Source: Eledone cirrhosa (Eukaryota). Taken from it: a stretch of DNA of 64,000 nucleotides. Positions 40,554-53,867 of the stretch are shown here, one piece after another (position 1 is the first letter of the stretch; every line of letters starts with the position of its first letter). The stretch is from assembly GCA_964016885.1 (NCBI GenBank), contig OZ024741.1, positions 267,530,001-267,594,000 on the forward strand, read 5' to 3'. The notes beneath the pieces are model-generated. The model made no database searches, was not told the DNA's origin, and saw nothing but the letters and a program-made list of their open reading frames with translations. A program made the translations under genes and the position numbers.

Positions 40554-41455
40554 AAAATCCAAACCCGCTCCGTAGATGAATTTGAAGTTCGAAACCCAAA
40601 TATGTTTCGCAACGATGGTACATGAATTGAAAAATAAAGAGAATCGAAATGAAATTGAAATAAAAAGTGAAATATCCAAATCTTCTGTGCTTATCAACAG
40701 GAATCCAGTAAAATTAGTACATTCCACCTTCAAAAACTTTGCAGGACTGATTACACGTGGTGTAGCCAGCTATACTAGCCATCCCATACTCCCGGTGCTA
40801 GAAATAACAGCCCTTTATATGGGATTAAAGATCAGCTCTACAGTTAAGGAGCAATATACTATATTATATTTAGAGATTAAACTCATAGTCGTTTACAATT
40901 AATCAGCTCAAAGAAAGAGGCATTTCTGAGCAGTGAAATACAAGTTATATATTAATATATATGATAAACACAAACGTGTTTGTATTGTAAGAGACAAAGT
41001 TAGCTAGCATGAAATATACTAATTAAAGTGAATACAATTTGTCTGTCTCGATATAAGTCAATAAAGGCAAGCTTATATTGGCAAAAGCCGTGATTCCTGG
41101 ACAAATTTAAATTTCAAAATCCAAACCCGCTCCGTAGATGAATTTGAAGTTCGAAACCCAAATATGTTTCGCAACGATGGTACATGAATTGAAAAATAAA
41201 GAGAATCGAAATGAAATTGAAATAAAAAGTGAAATATCCAAATCTTCTGTGCTTATCAACAGGAATCCAGTAAAATTAGTACATTCCACCTTCAAAAATT
41301 TAGCTAACTTTGTCTCTTACAATACAAACACGTTTGTGTTTATCATATATATCAATATATAACTTGTATTTCACTGCTCAGAAATGCCTCTTTCTTTGAG
41401 CTGATTAATTGTAAAGGACTATGAGTTTAATCTCTAAATATAATATAGTATATAC
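40554..41455. repeat. ~560-bp tandem-unit repeat with terminal inverted segment
   Basis: 40554-40737 repeated at 41116-41298. 41300-41455 is the inverse of ~40855-41007. Homologous to 1097-2069. Confidence 0.8.
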
Positions 41456-41471
41456 ATATATATATATATAC

Positions 41472-41560
<89 letters not shown>

Positions 41561-41656
41561 TATACATATATATATACATATATTTATATTTATATCTAAA
41601 TATTGCTCTTATCATTTACAGTCCCTCTGTGTTTAATGTATGTTCATTAGTATATG

Positions 41657-41960
41657 TTGTTATTTCTGCTTACATTTTACATATATACATATATATATCT
41701 ATGCTTGCGTGGACCCCTCTCAAAAATTCGTTTTATTTTCTAATTGGATACCCCGAAACTGGATTCCAACACTGAATACACCTGAACTTTTACCAGGAAA
41801 TCTTTCGTTGTTATTTCTGCTTACATTTTACATATATACATATATATATCAATGCTTGCGTGGACCCCTCTCAAAAATGCGTTGGATTTTCTAATTGGAT
41901 ACCTCGAAACTGGATACCAACACTGAATACACCTGAACTTCTACCAGGAAATCTTTCGTA
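41657..41960. repeat. Tandem duplication of ~152 bp
   Basis: Two adjacent copies of GTTGTTATTTCTGCTTAC...CCAGGAAATCTTTCGT. Confidence 0.85.
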
Positions 41961-42239
41961 TCATTGAAATTTTCTTTTCTTTGCTTCATATATATATATT
42001 ATATATACTTGTCCGCCATTGCAAAAGGCCATAAATTCAAAATTTTGAAGAGAGAGGAAAAGAGACAAGAAAGTGATCTATGAACTTGTATATCTCACTG
42101 ACCCCCCGCCACCACAATAACAATAACGTCTACACTTGCTCCCCACCATCACCACAATACTCATTACTCTATCTAAGGTGGCTGACCTGTTCCCTGTTCC
42201 CTGTTGACATATTACTGACTCTTTTGATGTATGTATGTG

Positions 42240-42560
42240 TATGGATGCGACCAGATTTAAACACAGCAACAACTACAACAACAACAGCAGCAACACCAAC
42301 AACAACGGCAACAACACCATCGTCTGTGTTGAATGTGTGTGTATGTATGTATTTGTATATATGCGACAGCAATAACAGCATCAACACCATTGTCTGCAGC
42401 AACAGCAGCAGTGAAATGAAGAACAACAACAACAGCGACAACAGCAACAACGACAACAACTACAATAACAACTACAGCACCAACAACTGCCACCACCATC
42501 ACTGACCATCCACCACCACCACACTGACACAATCCACCACCACCACCACCGCCATTACCA
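42240..42560. repeat. (AAC)/(CAC) trinucleotide low-complexity tract
   Basis: Direct inspection. Confidence 0.8.
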
Positions 42561-42590
42561 GCGTAAAGCAAACAATTATTATTATTATTA

Positions 42591-44044
42591 AGTTGCTCGG
42601 GGTTTGGTTCGGACCAAACCTCCAGGTGGAAAAGAATTGGGACGAGGTAACGAGCAGAGTAGCCAGTCTCACCCAAAAATGGGCTGGGAGGAAGCTATCA
42701 CTGAAAGGTCGCGCGGAGGTGGCGAATGCGTACATCGCGTCCGTCATCTACTACCGCCTAACTGTCGTGCCTTTCCCCCGTCCGCGCCTCGTCAAATTGG
42801 AACGGCTCCTCTTCAAATTCTTGTGGAGGGGACAAGTTCCGTTGGTGAGGCGGTCCATCTGCTGCCAGCACCCTCTACGCGGAGGGCTGAGCATGCCGTG
42901 GCTAATGATGCGCAGACATGCGTTGAGGCTGCGACATCTCCAGATATTCTGCCTCAATGGTGAACAGGTGTGGTCGCCGTTTATCAGACGGGCCTTTCCG
43001 CAGCTCATTTCTTTGACTGAGCTGCAGTCCTGGGTCAAGAAGAGACCGAGACTGGGTGACTGGCACCTGGAATGTTGCCAGGCACTCACTGCCCTCTACC
43101 AAGCGGGCAATGCGATCAGTGGAACTTCCATTCTCGAGTTCTATAGAGGATTAGTGGTGGGCAAGTGCGATGACGCACTCGGAGAAGCTTTGGGCCTCGA
43201 CGAAGCTGAACTGACCAGTCTGTACCGGAGGACTTTTGAGCCCGGGACGATGGACAATTTCCAGAAATCCCTCGCTTGGCAGTGCTACCGGGGGGCACTG
43301 CCGGTTCGGGATAAACTCTACGGGCACGGAAGTGCTGTCAGACGGACTTGCCCAAGATGCGCACAGAACGACGAAACCGTTTTGCACGCACTTGTCCAAT
43401 GTCCGTGCATTACTGACTTGTGGAGTTATGTCGAACAGCTACTGTCGCGTGTGGAACGAATCCGGCTATCGGCCGAGTCCATAGTGAAGATCGAGCCGCC
43501 ACCTTCCTTAGGTCAGGAAGAGCAGGAAACTTTCCTCTGTCTGGTGGCAGTTGCGAAAGAGATTATATGGTGGACCAGGTTGAAAGGACTAAAGACAAAC
43601 ATTTTTCTCTTCGGCCAATCCCTCATCAACTTCTTCAAGTTTCACCTGGAAAGGAAGGTGAGGGTGAAGAGAGAAGTGCTGCCCCCCAGTACATTTGCTA
43701 AAAGGTGGGTGAATGTGGCGAGAATGGCTCGTGTGAATGGGCCTACTCTGACCATACGCCTATAGGCTGGCTAACTTGAGGAGAGGGGTGCTCTCCCTGG
43801 GTGCCCTAGAAGCGCAGGGTGGTTCAGGATTGGTGTGGTACCCGAATCACCCCAGAGTCGTCCACCCCCTATCCGGGAATTTATTTTGTTATATTTATGC
43901 ATAGTTTATTTTATATTTTTATATTTTCATTGTTAAATTAGTCTTGCCATTGTGCACTTTTACTCGACCTTATTGTAAACCCCCACTGTCCCTGTCTTTG
44001 TATTGTCCCCTACATGTCGGCCCTTGTGGCTAATAAATGAAATC
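42591..44044 (+). mobile_element. Tx1/L1-clade non-LTR retrotransposon, 5' truncated
   Basis: Unbroken 390-codon ORF2 C-terminus: LLGVWF, W..RKLSLKGR..V.N, FLW, GGL, CPRC..ETVLHAL..CP zinc knuckle. 3' UTR with AATAAA. (ATT)n on both sides. Confidence 0.9.
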
Positions 44045-44329
44045 ATTATTATTATTATTATTATATACAAGCTGAACTGGACTGGGAAAGGTCAACAGTT
44101 GACATGATATTGATTTTGATTTTGATGATTTTGATTTTGTATTTGTATCAGTACTGTCGGTAATATATGTATATATATGTGTGTTTGTGAGTGGTGTGTG
44201 TGATTGTATGCATGAATGAGTGTTGGTATGTGAGTGGCGTGTGTGTGATTGTGGTTTGTATGCATGAGTATTGGTGTGTGAGTGTTTGTGTGTGCGTCGT
44301 GTCAATAAGTTTTTTTTTTTTTTTTTTTT

Positions 44330-47300
44330 GACCATGCTGTAAAATGGAGGGGTAGAGAGGGCCCTTGAGTCTAGTAAGACATCCTCTCTAGTGCTGGTGG
44401 CACAAATAAAAGCACCCAGTCCATGCTGTAAAGTGGCGCTGGTGTTAGGAAGGGCATCCAACCAGTGTATCAATGCCAAAACGCTTATCAGCACAGCAAC
44501 AAATAGGAACAACAACAAAATATGAAGACATCGCATCTCAGAGTTGCAACACTTAATGTTGGCACTCTCAGAGGTAGATCTGCTGAAATAGCGGAGATGC
44601 TGGAGAGAAGGCAGGTGGATGTGTGCTGCGTGGAAGAGGTGAGATGGAGAGGTGCCTCTGTGAGACTAGTCATAGGCAAGCGTCTTAGCTATAAGCTATT
44701 CTGGGTAGGTAAGGATGATGGGTTAGGGGGAGTAGGCATTTTCCTGGCTGAGAAATGGATCAATAAGACAATAGAGGTAGTTCGAGTTAGTAATCGAATA
44801 ATTAAGCTTAGATTAGTTGTAGGTAGGAGACTACTGACAATCATCTCGGCCTATGCTCCCCAAGCAGGCCTAGGCAAAGATGAGAAAGACTGCTTTTATG
44901 AACAACTTTTGCAAACAACCGCAATGACAGAGGATGGAGACATCATTATGCTAGCAGGAGACTTCAATGGTCATGTTGGACAGCTCCAGGATGGTTACAC
45001 TGGGGTACATGGTTGGCACGGTTACGGTTCAAGAAATGAAGAAAGAGTGAGACTTCTTGAATTTTGTGATGCGGGTACATTGACTGTTTGCAACACAAAC
45101 TTCCAGAAACCTGCCAATCACCTAATAACCTATAAATCTGGTGAGCACATAAGCCAGATTGACTTCTTACTAGTTAGGCAGCGGGACAGGCAGATAGTGT
45201 CTAATACCAAGGCATACCCTGGGGAAGAATGTACCCCACAGCATAGGTTAGTTGTTAGTGATATCTCAGTAAGCAAGAGATGGAATGAGACATATAGGAA
45301 GGTGTGGAGAAGAAAGGTCTGGAAGCTAAAAGACCTTTCACTAAAATACAAATTTAGGAAAGCCCTTCAAGATGTATATGACGAAAAAGAAGACGATTTA
45401 GAGACGTATGACATAGATAATAACTGGAATTTCTTACGTGACAACTTGCTGCAGGCTACTGATGAAACCTGTGGCTGGAGCAGAGCTCCAACCAGATAGA
45501 GAGTGACCTGGTGGTGGAACAGCACAGTAGATAAGGTTATTAGAGACAAAAGACTAGCATGGAAGGCTTGGAAAAAGGGTGGGAGTAGGGAAGAATATAC
45601 AGCCACTAAGAGAGAAGCTAGACGTCAGGTGTACTTAGCACGCAGGGAGGCAGAGAATAGGAGGTTTGCCAATGTTCTGCGACGGGAAGATCAGAGGCGG
45701 GCGGTGTTCCACATTGCAAGGCAGTGTGTCAATGCAAATCAGGATGTTGTTGGAGATAAATGTGTCCGGGATGATGCCGGTGTACTTAGTGTCACGAATG
45801 ATCAGAAAAAGGAGGCTTGGAAATGTCATTATGAGAGACTGATGAATGTGGAGAACGAATGGGAGAGAGAGAAATTACCCTTGGTAGATCCGACAGAGGG
45901 ACCAGCTATTGAGATTGACGAATATAGGGTACAAGAGGCGATTAGGGAAATGAAAAATGGTAAGGCTGCCGGACCATCGGGAATAGTTGCTGAGATGCTG
46001 AAGGCATCAGGGGACGTAGGCACTAAACTGATTGCACGCATCATCAATCAGGCTATATATGGTGATGTCATACCCAAAGACTGGTGCAGCCGTATTCTCA
46101 TAAATTGCTACAAAGGTAAAGGGGATGCTTTGGAGAGGAGCAATTATAGGGGTATAAAACTGATAGATCAGGTTATGAAAGTTGCAGGAAGGATTTTAGC
46201 ACAACTAATTAGAGAAAGGGTCAAACTAGATGAGATGCAGTTTGGTTTTGTGCATGGGAAGAGTACAACAGATGCCCTCTTCTTGGTGAGACAATTGCAA
46301 GAGAGGTTCTTAGAGAAGAATAAGCCACTATACTTAGCCTTTGTTGACCTATAGAAGGCCTTTGATAGGGTACCCCGATCTGTCATCTGGTGGTCCCTAA
46401 GGAAGCTAGGTGTTGAGGAATGGCTTGTGAGGACAGTACAAACTTTGTACAGAGGTACTCTCAGTAAAGTCAGGGTAGGAATGGAGTTTAGTGAGGAATT
46501 CCAGATACAAGCAGGAGTACATCAGGGTTCGGTCCTCAGCCCGCTCTTGTTCATTATAGTCCTCCAAGCCATAACAGAGGAGTTTAAGACTGGCTGTCCA
46601 TGGGAACTTCTCTATGCTGACGATCTGGTTCTTATAGCAGAATCAGTAGAGGAGCTAGAGAATAAATTCTGGCTATGGAAACAGCAGTTGGAAGCAAGAG
46701 GACTGAGAGTGAATCTAGCTAAGACAAAAGTGTTGATGAGTAGGAAAGAGGACAAAACCCTGATTCCGTCAGGGAAATGGCCATGTTCGATATGCAGAAA
46801 AGGAACTGGCATAAATTCTATAAAATGCACACAATGCAGATCCTGGGTACACAAGAGATGTAGCGGGATAGCAGGCAAACTAACAGGTAGGGAGAAATAT
46901 GTATGCAGTAGATGTACAGGGAAATTAGACAGTAGAAGTCGCATTGATAGACACATTTTTTTAATGCAGGCGGGTGCTATAGAAGTGGTGGATAGCTTCC
47001 AGTACCTAGGAGATCAGATTAGCATGGGAGGGGGAAGGGTTTTCTGAGGCCATAGTATCTAGAATAAGGACGGGTCGGAAGAAGTTTAGGGAGCTGCTTC
47101 CTCTGTTGACGAAGAAGGGTTTCTCCCTGCGTACGAAAGGCCGGTTGTATGATGCCTGCATGGTAGTGAGACATGGGCAGCAACTGCAGAGGATATGCGA
47201 CGGCTGGGGAGAAATGAGGCAAGCATGCTCCGTTGGATGTGCAGTGTAAATGTGCGTGAACGACCCAGCATAAATGTGTTGAGAGAGAAACTGTGTCTGA

Positions 47301-47592
47301 GAGGGATAGAATGTAGTGTACGGGAGAGGAGACTGAGGTGGTATGGACATGTGATGCGCATGGAGGATGACCGATGGGTGAAGAAGTGCCAGGAATTGCC
47401 AGTTGAGGGAAGACGTGGTAGAGGTAGACCACGAAAAACATGGGCGGAGGTGGTGAGAACAGACCTCAGATCATTGAAGCTCACGGTAGAGATGACGAGG
47501 GACCGTGACGAGTGGAGAGATGCTGTGCTGAATAAGACCCGTCCCACCCTTGCAAGCAGGGAAAAGTGGACGTAAAATGATGATGATGATGA
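44330..47592 (+). mobile_element. RTE family A, essentially full length (APE-RT-PHD) with few lesions
   Basis: ORFs 44522-45499, 45503-46354 and 46427-47047 are in one frame separated by single TAG stops. C-terminus 47195-47575 ends directly at the (ATG)n tail. Confidence 0.96.
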
Positions 47593-47653
47593 TATATATA
47601 TACATATACATACATATATATATACATATACATTTACATAGATATATATATAC

Positions 47654-47684
<31 letters not shown>

Positions 47685-48080
47685 CATATACCTACATATA
47701 TATATATACATATACATACATATATATATATACATATACACATATATATATATACATATGCATATATATATATATATATACATATATATACATATATATA
47801 TATATATACATATATATACATATATATACACACATACACATATATATATATATACACAGACATACATATATATACATACATATATATACACATACATACA
47901 TATATATGCATATATATATATACATATATATACACATACATACATATATATACGTATATATATTCATATATATATCCATATATATATACACATACATATA
48001 TATATACACATACATACATATATATATACATAAATATATATGCACCCATATCTATACATACACATACATTTATGTATATG

Positions 48081-48171
<91 letters not shown>

Positions 48172-48381
48172 GGATATAAGTATCGTAAGAGAGGAGGAAG
48201 CAGAGGGGTGCGATACAGAATACTAAATGCCAATAGCCGAAGTGTGGTGTGCTCAATGCTTGAGTTAGCAGAGTTAAATATTAGAGGAAGTTAATATTTA
48301 GCGTATAGTTTAAGCTGAGCGGGAATAAGCAAATGCATGAATGAAGGAATTACAAGCTGTTAAAACAAGTTCTTCATATAG

Positions 48382-48420
48382 CTCTTACACATGTTTCACC
48401 GATACGGGCTCTTCAGAGAA
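48382..48420 (-). ncRNA. Minimal hammerhead ribozyme
   Basis: ttct-CTGAAGA-gc ccg tat cgg t-GAAA-ca tg tg-TA-agag. Confidence 0.65.
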
Positions 48421-48635
48421 ACAATTGATTATATAATGTCATCAGTAAGTACTGTTGAGAATTATTTCCTCAGCTTCACGTCACGCTGCATTATAAGCAA
48501 AAAAATTTAAACACAATAGCGTCAGTGAAAGGGGCATAATCCACTAAGGGAAGTAACTGTACGGTGCTAGGCCATAAATTACCCTAAAATTTATTTTAAC
48601 CTATCCCAGCTAGGGGGAATTATATAATCAATTAT

Positions 48636-48674
48636 TTCTCTGAAGAAACCATGTGGGCGAAACATGTGTAAGAG
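48636..48674 (+). ncRNA. Minimal hammerhead ribozyme (inverted paralog, different stem II)
   Basis: ttct-CTGAAGA-aa cc atgt gg gc-GAAA-ca tg tg-TA-agag. Confidence 0.55.
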
Positions 48675-49544
48675 CTATATAAAGAACTTGTTTTAACGGC
48701 TTGTAACTCCTTCATTCATTTTCTTATATATATGTATATATATATATAGTTAAAGGATGAAGACTAACATGGTTGGCTGTACAATAAGGGCTTTATTTAA
48801 AGTAGACAATTGTTTCGTTGATCAGGTGAGCCTAGAGTTCGCTAATCACTTGAGGTTGCATTAATCGATCTCCAATACATTATTTACCTCTGGTCAACAT
48901 ATCAGAGTACGTAGATATGAAAGTAATTCACTCGAGGCAAGACTTATATAGAAAAATAGCGTATAATCAAAACAATAACATCAATAATAAAATAGCGTAT
49001 AATCAAAACAATAACATCAATAATAAAACATACATGGTAAATAGATAGAGAAATTACAGATGTAAAAAATAAAAAGTAAAATATAAGATAGGGTACATTA
49101 TAAGAAAATGAGAAAATGGAAAATATAAAGAAATAAATAAGTGAGAGCGTGTAAGTACATAGTATGTTAGTATTAGTTTTTGAGTAAGTGTTCTTATAAG
49201 GATTCGTTGGTGAGAAACCAGATTCGAGATGTAAATAGATACGTGTAGAGGGTCCGATGTAGTGACAGATAAAAGATAGTAAATTAGAGATTAATTGGTG
49301 GATACATGTAAGATATTTATGGGCTAGGGATGACGGGACATTTAATAAACGCTAGTTGTAAATGTTTTGCTGATTGTTCTATCTTAATGGGGTTGATGTG
49401 GTTTCAGGGAGAGAGGGTGAAAGAAATGTTCAGAGATTTATGATCCAGTGACCAGTTGGCTGTTTGATAGCTAATAGCAGTGCGATGGTGTGTATTCTAT
49501 ATGTTAAAATCTAGGTTCAGTACTAATTTTGGGATTGCTGGTTG

Positions 49545-50030
49545 AAATCATGGTGGTTTGAAGTTTGTGAATCTATTAGTAGCTATTTTATGCCTACAGA
49601 AAATTGATCTTTCTATTTTGCTGTTAAGCAGCATCCCATTGTACCTTAAAATATGGAGTAGTTCTAAATTACAAAGTCCGCAGTGGGACATTCCGTTGCT
49701 GTAGGCTCTTGCTACCGATAATTTTGACCAGCTAATCTTATATTCTAGATTTTTGTCTTTAAGCTGCCAGATTTTATTGGCGAGCGTTGTAGAGTTCTCC
49801 AGTTCACGGTTCTTCATGGGGTATCTGTGGATGTACCACCTTTTCTTGAACTCCCCAGGCATGGAACCTATGTAGTGCTAATTAGAGTTGCCTGAATTTA
49901 CAGTACACAGGTATACTATACTCGAATCCAGGCATCTATTCCGTAGTGGGCACTTATCCGATAGGTGGCGATTACAATTTGAGGTTTTACTGTGTGCAGG
50001 TTCGTCATTGCGGATTTGTAAGTTGTGGGT
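49545..50030 (-). mobile_element. Penelope-like GIY-YIG fragment
   Basis: CPLRNRC..IVY..YIG..FKKRW..TTLANKIWQLK..CGLCNLE..LN..CRH. Confidence 0.88.
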
Positions 50031-50034
50031 GGGT

Positions 50035-50068
<34 letters not shown>

Positions 50069-50338
50069 CATATATATATACATATATAAACGGAAAAAAT
50101 GAAACAAAATTTCATTTCCCACTTTTAGTACGGCTGTATACATATATGTATGTACACGTACATACATATATGTATACAGACGTACAGTAGTATGTATATA
50201 TATATATACATACATGCACACATATATATATGTACGTATGGATTCACCGAACATTTATTATAATGCTCGGTGTGTTTGTAAACAAACATCCCGTATTAAG
50301 CCGTAGTGTCCAGCAACCATCGTTGCTTGTTTGAAATA

Positions 50339-52842
50339 TGTGGCTGGAGCAGACCTATTGGCAGGAGGAGAGTAACTTGGTGGTGGAACAGTAAGGTAGA
50401 AGAGACAATCAAGGCCAAAAATCAGGCTTGGAAAGTATGGCAGAATGGGGGAAGTAGAGAGCACTATCAAGTGGCCAGGAGAAAAGCTAGGAGACAAGTG
50501 TACCTTGAAAAAAGGGAAGCAGAAGAAAGAAAGTTCAAGCATGTTCTACAACGTGAGGACCAAAAAGGCGAGGTGTTCAGGATTGCTAGACAATGTGTCA
50601 AGGAAAACCGTGATATTGTCGGGGAGAAGTGTGTCCATAATGATAATGGTGTACTTGCCCTCACTGATGCTGATAAGAATATAGCCTGGAAGTCTCACTA
50701 CGAGAGACTGTTAAATGAAGAGAATAAGTGGGAAAAAGATAGTCTGCCCCAAATCGATCTAATAGAAGGACCAGCGGTGCAAGTTAAAGGTAGTATAATA
50801 AGTAAGGAAATTAAAGATATGAAGACAGGCAAGGCAGCTGGGCCTTCGTAGATAGTTGCTGAGATGTTGAAGGCATCTGGAATGGTGGGACATACTATGG
50901 TCACCCGTATAGTTAACCAAGTAATACAGAATGGGGTCATACCAAAAGACTGGTGTAGCAGCATCATCATTAACTGCTACAAGGGTAAAGGAGATGCTCT
51001 AGATAGAGGAAACTATAGAGGCATTAAGTTAGTTGACCAGGTCAAGAAGGTCACAGAAAGAGTTATAGCGCAACTAATCAGAGAGCGAATTGATCTAGAT
51101 GAAATGCAGTTTGGGTTTGTGTCAGGTAAAAGTACCACAGACGCTCTTTTCCTTGTTCGACAACTACAAGAGAAGTACCTAGCTAAAAGTAAACCCCTCT
51201 ATTTAGCTTTTGTAGACCTGGAAAAAGCCTTTGACAGAGTCCCCCGCTCCATTATCTGGTGGACTCTTAGAAAACTAGGTGTAGATGAATGGCTTGTGAG
51301 AGCTATACAAGCTATGTATAATGAAACAGTCAGTAAGGTTAAAATTAACAATGAATATTGTGAAGAATTTAGTGTAAAAGTTGGTGTTCACCAAGGCTCT
51401 GTCCGTAGCCCCCTCCTGTTTATTATTGCCCTTCAGGCTATAACAGAGGAGTTCAAGACCGGCTGCCCATGGGAACTCCTATACGTAGATGATCTAACGC
51501 TCATAGCTGAATCAATGGCTGAACTAGAGAAGAAATTCGAAACATGGAAGCATGGCCTAGAATCAAAAGGCCTTAAAGTTAACTTGTCTAAGACTAAAGT
51601 CCTAGTTTGTAGAAAGGAAAATAAGGCACAGGTACCCTCAGGGAAATGGCCTTGCTCAGTGTGTAGGAAAGGAGTAGGCAGAAATTCAATTTTATGTCCC
51701 CAATGCAAAGTATGGGTACATAAAAGATGTAGTGGGATCACAGGTAAACTATCTAAGAACGTAGACTTTATATGTGGCCGATGCTCAGGTGCAATAGGTA
51801 GCAGGTGTCCACAGGATACTAGCCACTTCTATTGCCCAGATGGTTCTATAGAAATAGTAGACACTTTCCGTTACCTGGGTGATGAAATCAGCAGTTTGTG
51901 GAGGTGTGTTCTGAAAGAACAGTAGCCAGAGTGAGAACGGGATGGAAAAAGTTCAGAGAGCTTATACCGCTGTTGGCCACAAAAGGTTTCTCTCTAAAAA
52001 TGAAAGGCAGATTGTATGATGCCTGTATACAAACAGCAATGCTACATGGCAGTGAGTCATGGGCATTACATGCAGAGGCCCTGCGTAGACTGGAAAGGAA
52101 GGAACCATGCATGCTCTGTTGAATGTGTAATAGTAACATACGTGAACGGCAAAGCATAAATGAACTAAGTGAGAAATTAGGAATAAGAGGGATCAGATGA
52201 TGTTTACTTGAGAGAAGACTACGTTGCTATGGCCACGTGATGCGCATGAAAGACGACAACTGTATAAAAATGTGCAGGGCGATCAAAATTGATAGTAGTT
52301 ACGGAGTAGGTAGACCCAGAAAAACCTGGGACGATCTGATAAATTCTGACCTTACACACTTGCACCTCTCTAAGACAATGTCACTGGCGCTACGTAGTAA
52401 TGCAGAAGACCCGCCTTGCCTATGTACAAAGTGAAACCTACAGTCAGTAGGCACCTCTTAACCAAATATACACCCCAATCCACTACCCCTACCCTATCCT
52501 CCCACTCCCACCAACCTCTCTCTATAAAGTTGGTACTGCAACATCCAGTCCAAATAAATGAGATAATGAGATCGAGATCATGTAGGTGTCACAAGAAACA
52601 AAACACACAGTCCACGCTGTAATGTGGCCGTGTAGGTAACACGGTAAAAAAGTTCCCAGTTCCACACTGTAAATGTGGTTGGTGTTAGGAAGGGCATCCA
52701 GCCGTAGAAAACCTGCCAGATAGTCCTATATGAGCGAGACATGGTCACCCGACCAACCTTTCGTCAAGTGGGACAACTCCCGTCTAACCCATGCTACCGT
52801 GGAAAATGGACGTTAAACGAAGATGATGATGATGATGATGAT
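50339..52842 (+). mobile_element. RTE family B, 5' truncated
   Basis: ORFs 50306-50851 and 50864-51925 (RT, PHD), C-terminal pieces, 3' UTR, (GAT)n. Confidence 0.95.
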
Positions 52843-53039
52843 ATATATATATACATAAATATATATATATACGGGGTAACAGATTATTGTTATAGGTAGT
52901 CCACTTAAGTGTAGTCCAGTTATGGTACTCCGAGTAGTGGATGATATCAACGCTTGGCTAAGTTTGACTCAACAAGGCGTTTCCATTGTGATGTTGCGAG
53001 TACGCTGTAATTCCTATGTTGTAAACACTTGGAGTAATG

Positions 53040-53370
53040 ATAAATCAGGAAAGAAGAGTGAGACGGTTTGCTATACAAAAAAGGTTTGTAATCTCATTGC
53101 TGACAATTGTTTCTCTGAGCTGGTAGGTCTAGAGATCGCTACCCACTTATTTTCACGTTACTCAATCACCAATACAAAGTTATAACCAGTCAATTCATCG
53201 GAGCTTGTGAAGCTCCGATGAATTGACTGGTTATAACTTTGTATTGGTGATTGAGTAACGTGAAAATAAGTGGGTAGCGATCTCTAGACCTACCAGCTCA
53301 GAGAAACAATTGTCAGCAATGAGATTACAAACCTTTTTTGTATAGCAAACCGTGTCACTCTTCTTTCCTG

Positions 53371-53376
<6 letters not shown>
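53040..53376. repeat. Near-perfect 167-bp fold-back hairpin
   Basis: Arms 53040-53206 and 53210-53376, 3-nt loop, one mismatch seen. Confidence 0.92.
53212..53317 (+). ncRNA. Hammerhead-like motif with CCGATGA core and long stem II (mirror 53099-53204 on -)
   Basis: gct-CCGATGA-attga ctggt..accag ctcaga-GAAA-caattg-TC-agc. Palindromic ACAATTGT, short stem I. Confidence 0.5.
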
Positions 53377-53462
<86 letters not shown>

Positions 53463-53551
53463 GTGTGAGTGTGTGTGACAGCTCACATCTATGCAGGTTT
53501 AGCTGGCCTCCTCCAAGGTATATCTTGTTGGAGATGTCTTGGGTAATTTAA

Positions 53552-53712
53552 TGATAGGGACCCCAGTCCTATCATCTCATTTCTACAGCTGAGTAAACTG
53601 GAGTAACGTGAAATAAAGTTTCTGGCTCAAGGAAACAACACACCACCTGGTCCGAGAATTGAACTCACAACCTTTCAACTGCAAGCCCAATGCTCTAACC
53701 ACTAAGCCATGC
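53552..53712 (-). mobile_element. 5' half of tRNA SINE
   Basis: Matches head and core of 23884-24212. Confidence 0.8.
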
Positions 53713-53867
53713 ACAACACATAGTAATACACATATTCGCACATGCTCAGAGATCCTATTGACACAGTTCTCTAAAGAATTGCATTAATGTATATTCGAAA
53801 TATGAAAATATCAAATGATTTCTTTATCATTTTAAGAGTTCTCTATGTATTTCTACATATTGGTATT

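Larger units (their letters stand above)
48335..48720. repeat. ~100-bp inverted repeat carrying hammerhead motifs
   Basis: 48335-48436 vs 48620-48720. Confidence 0.8.

Noticed and set aside
48801-48910. Hammerhead-like motif downstream of the 49545 endonuclease
   Set aside because: GAAACAATTGTC and stem II are present but the core reads CTGATAT and stem I fails; at most a decayed copy.
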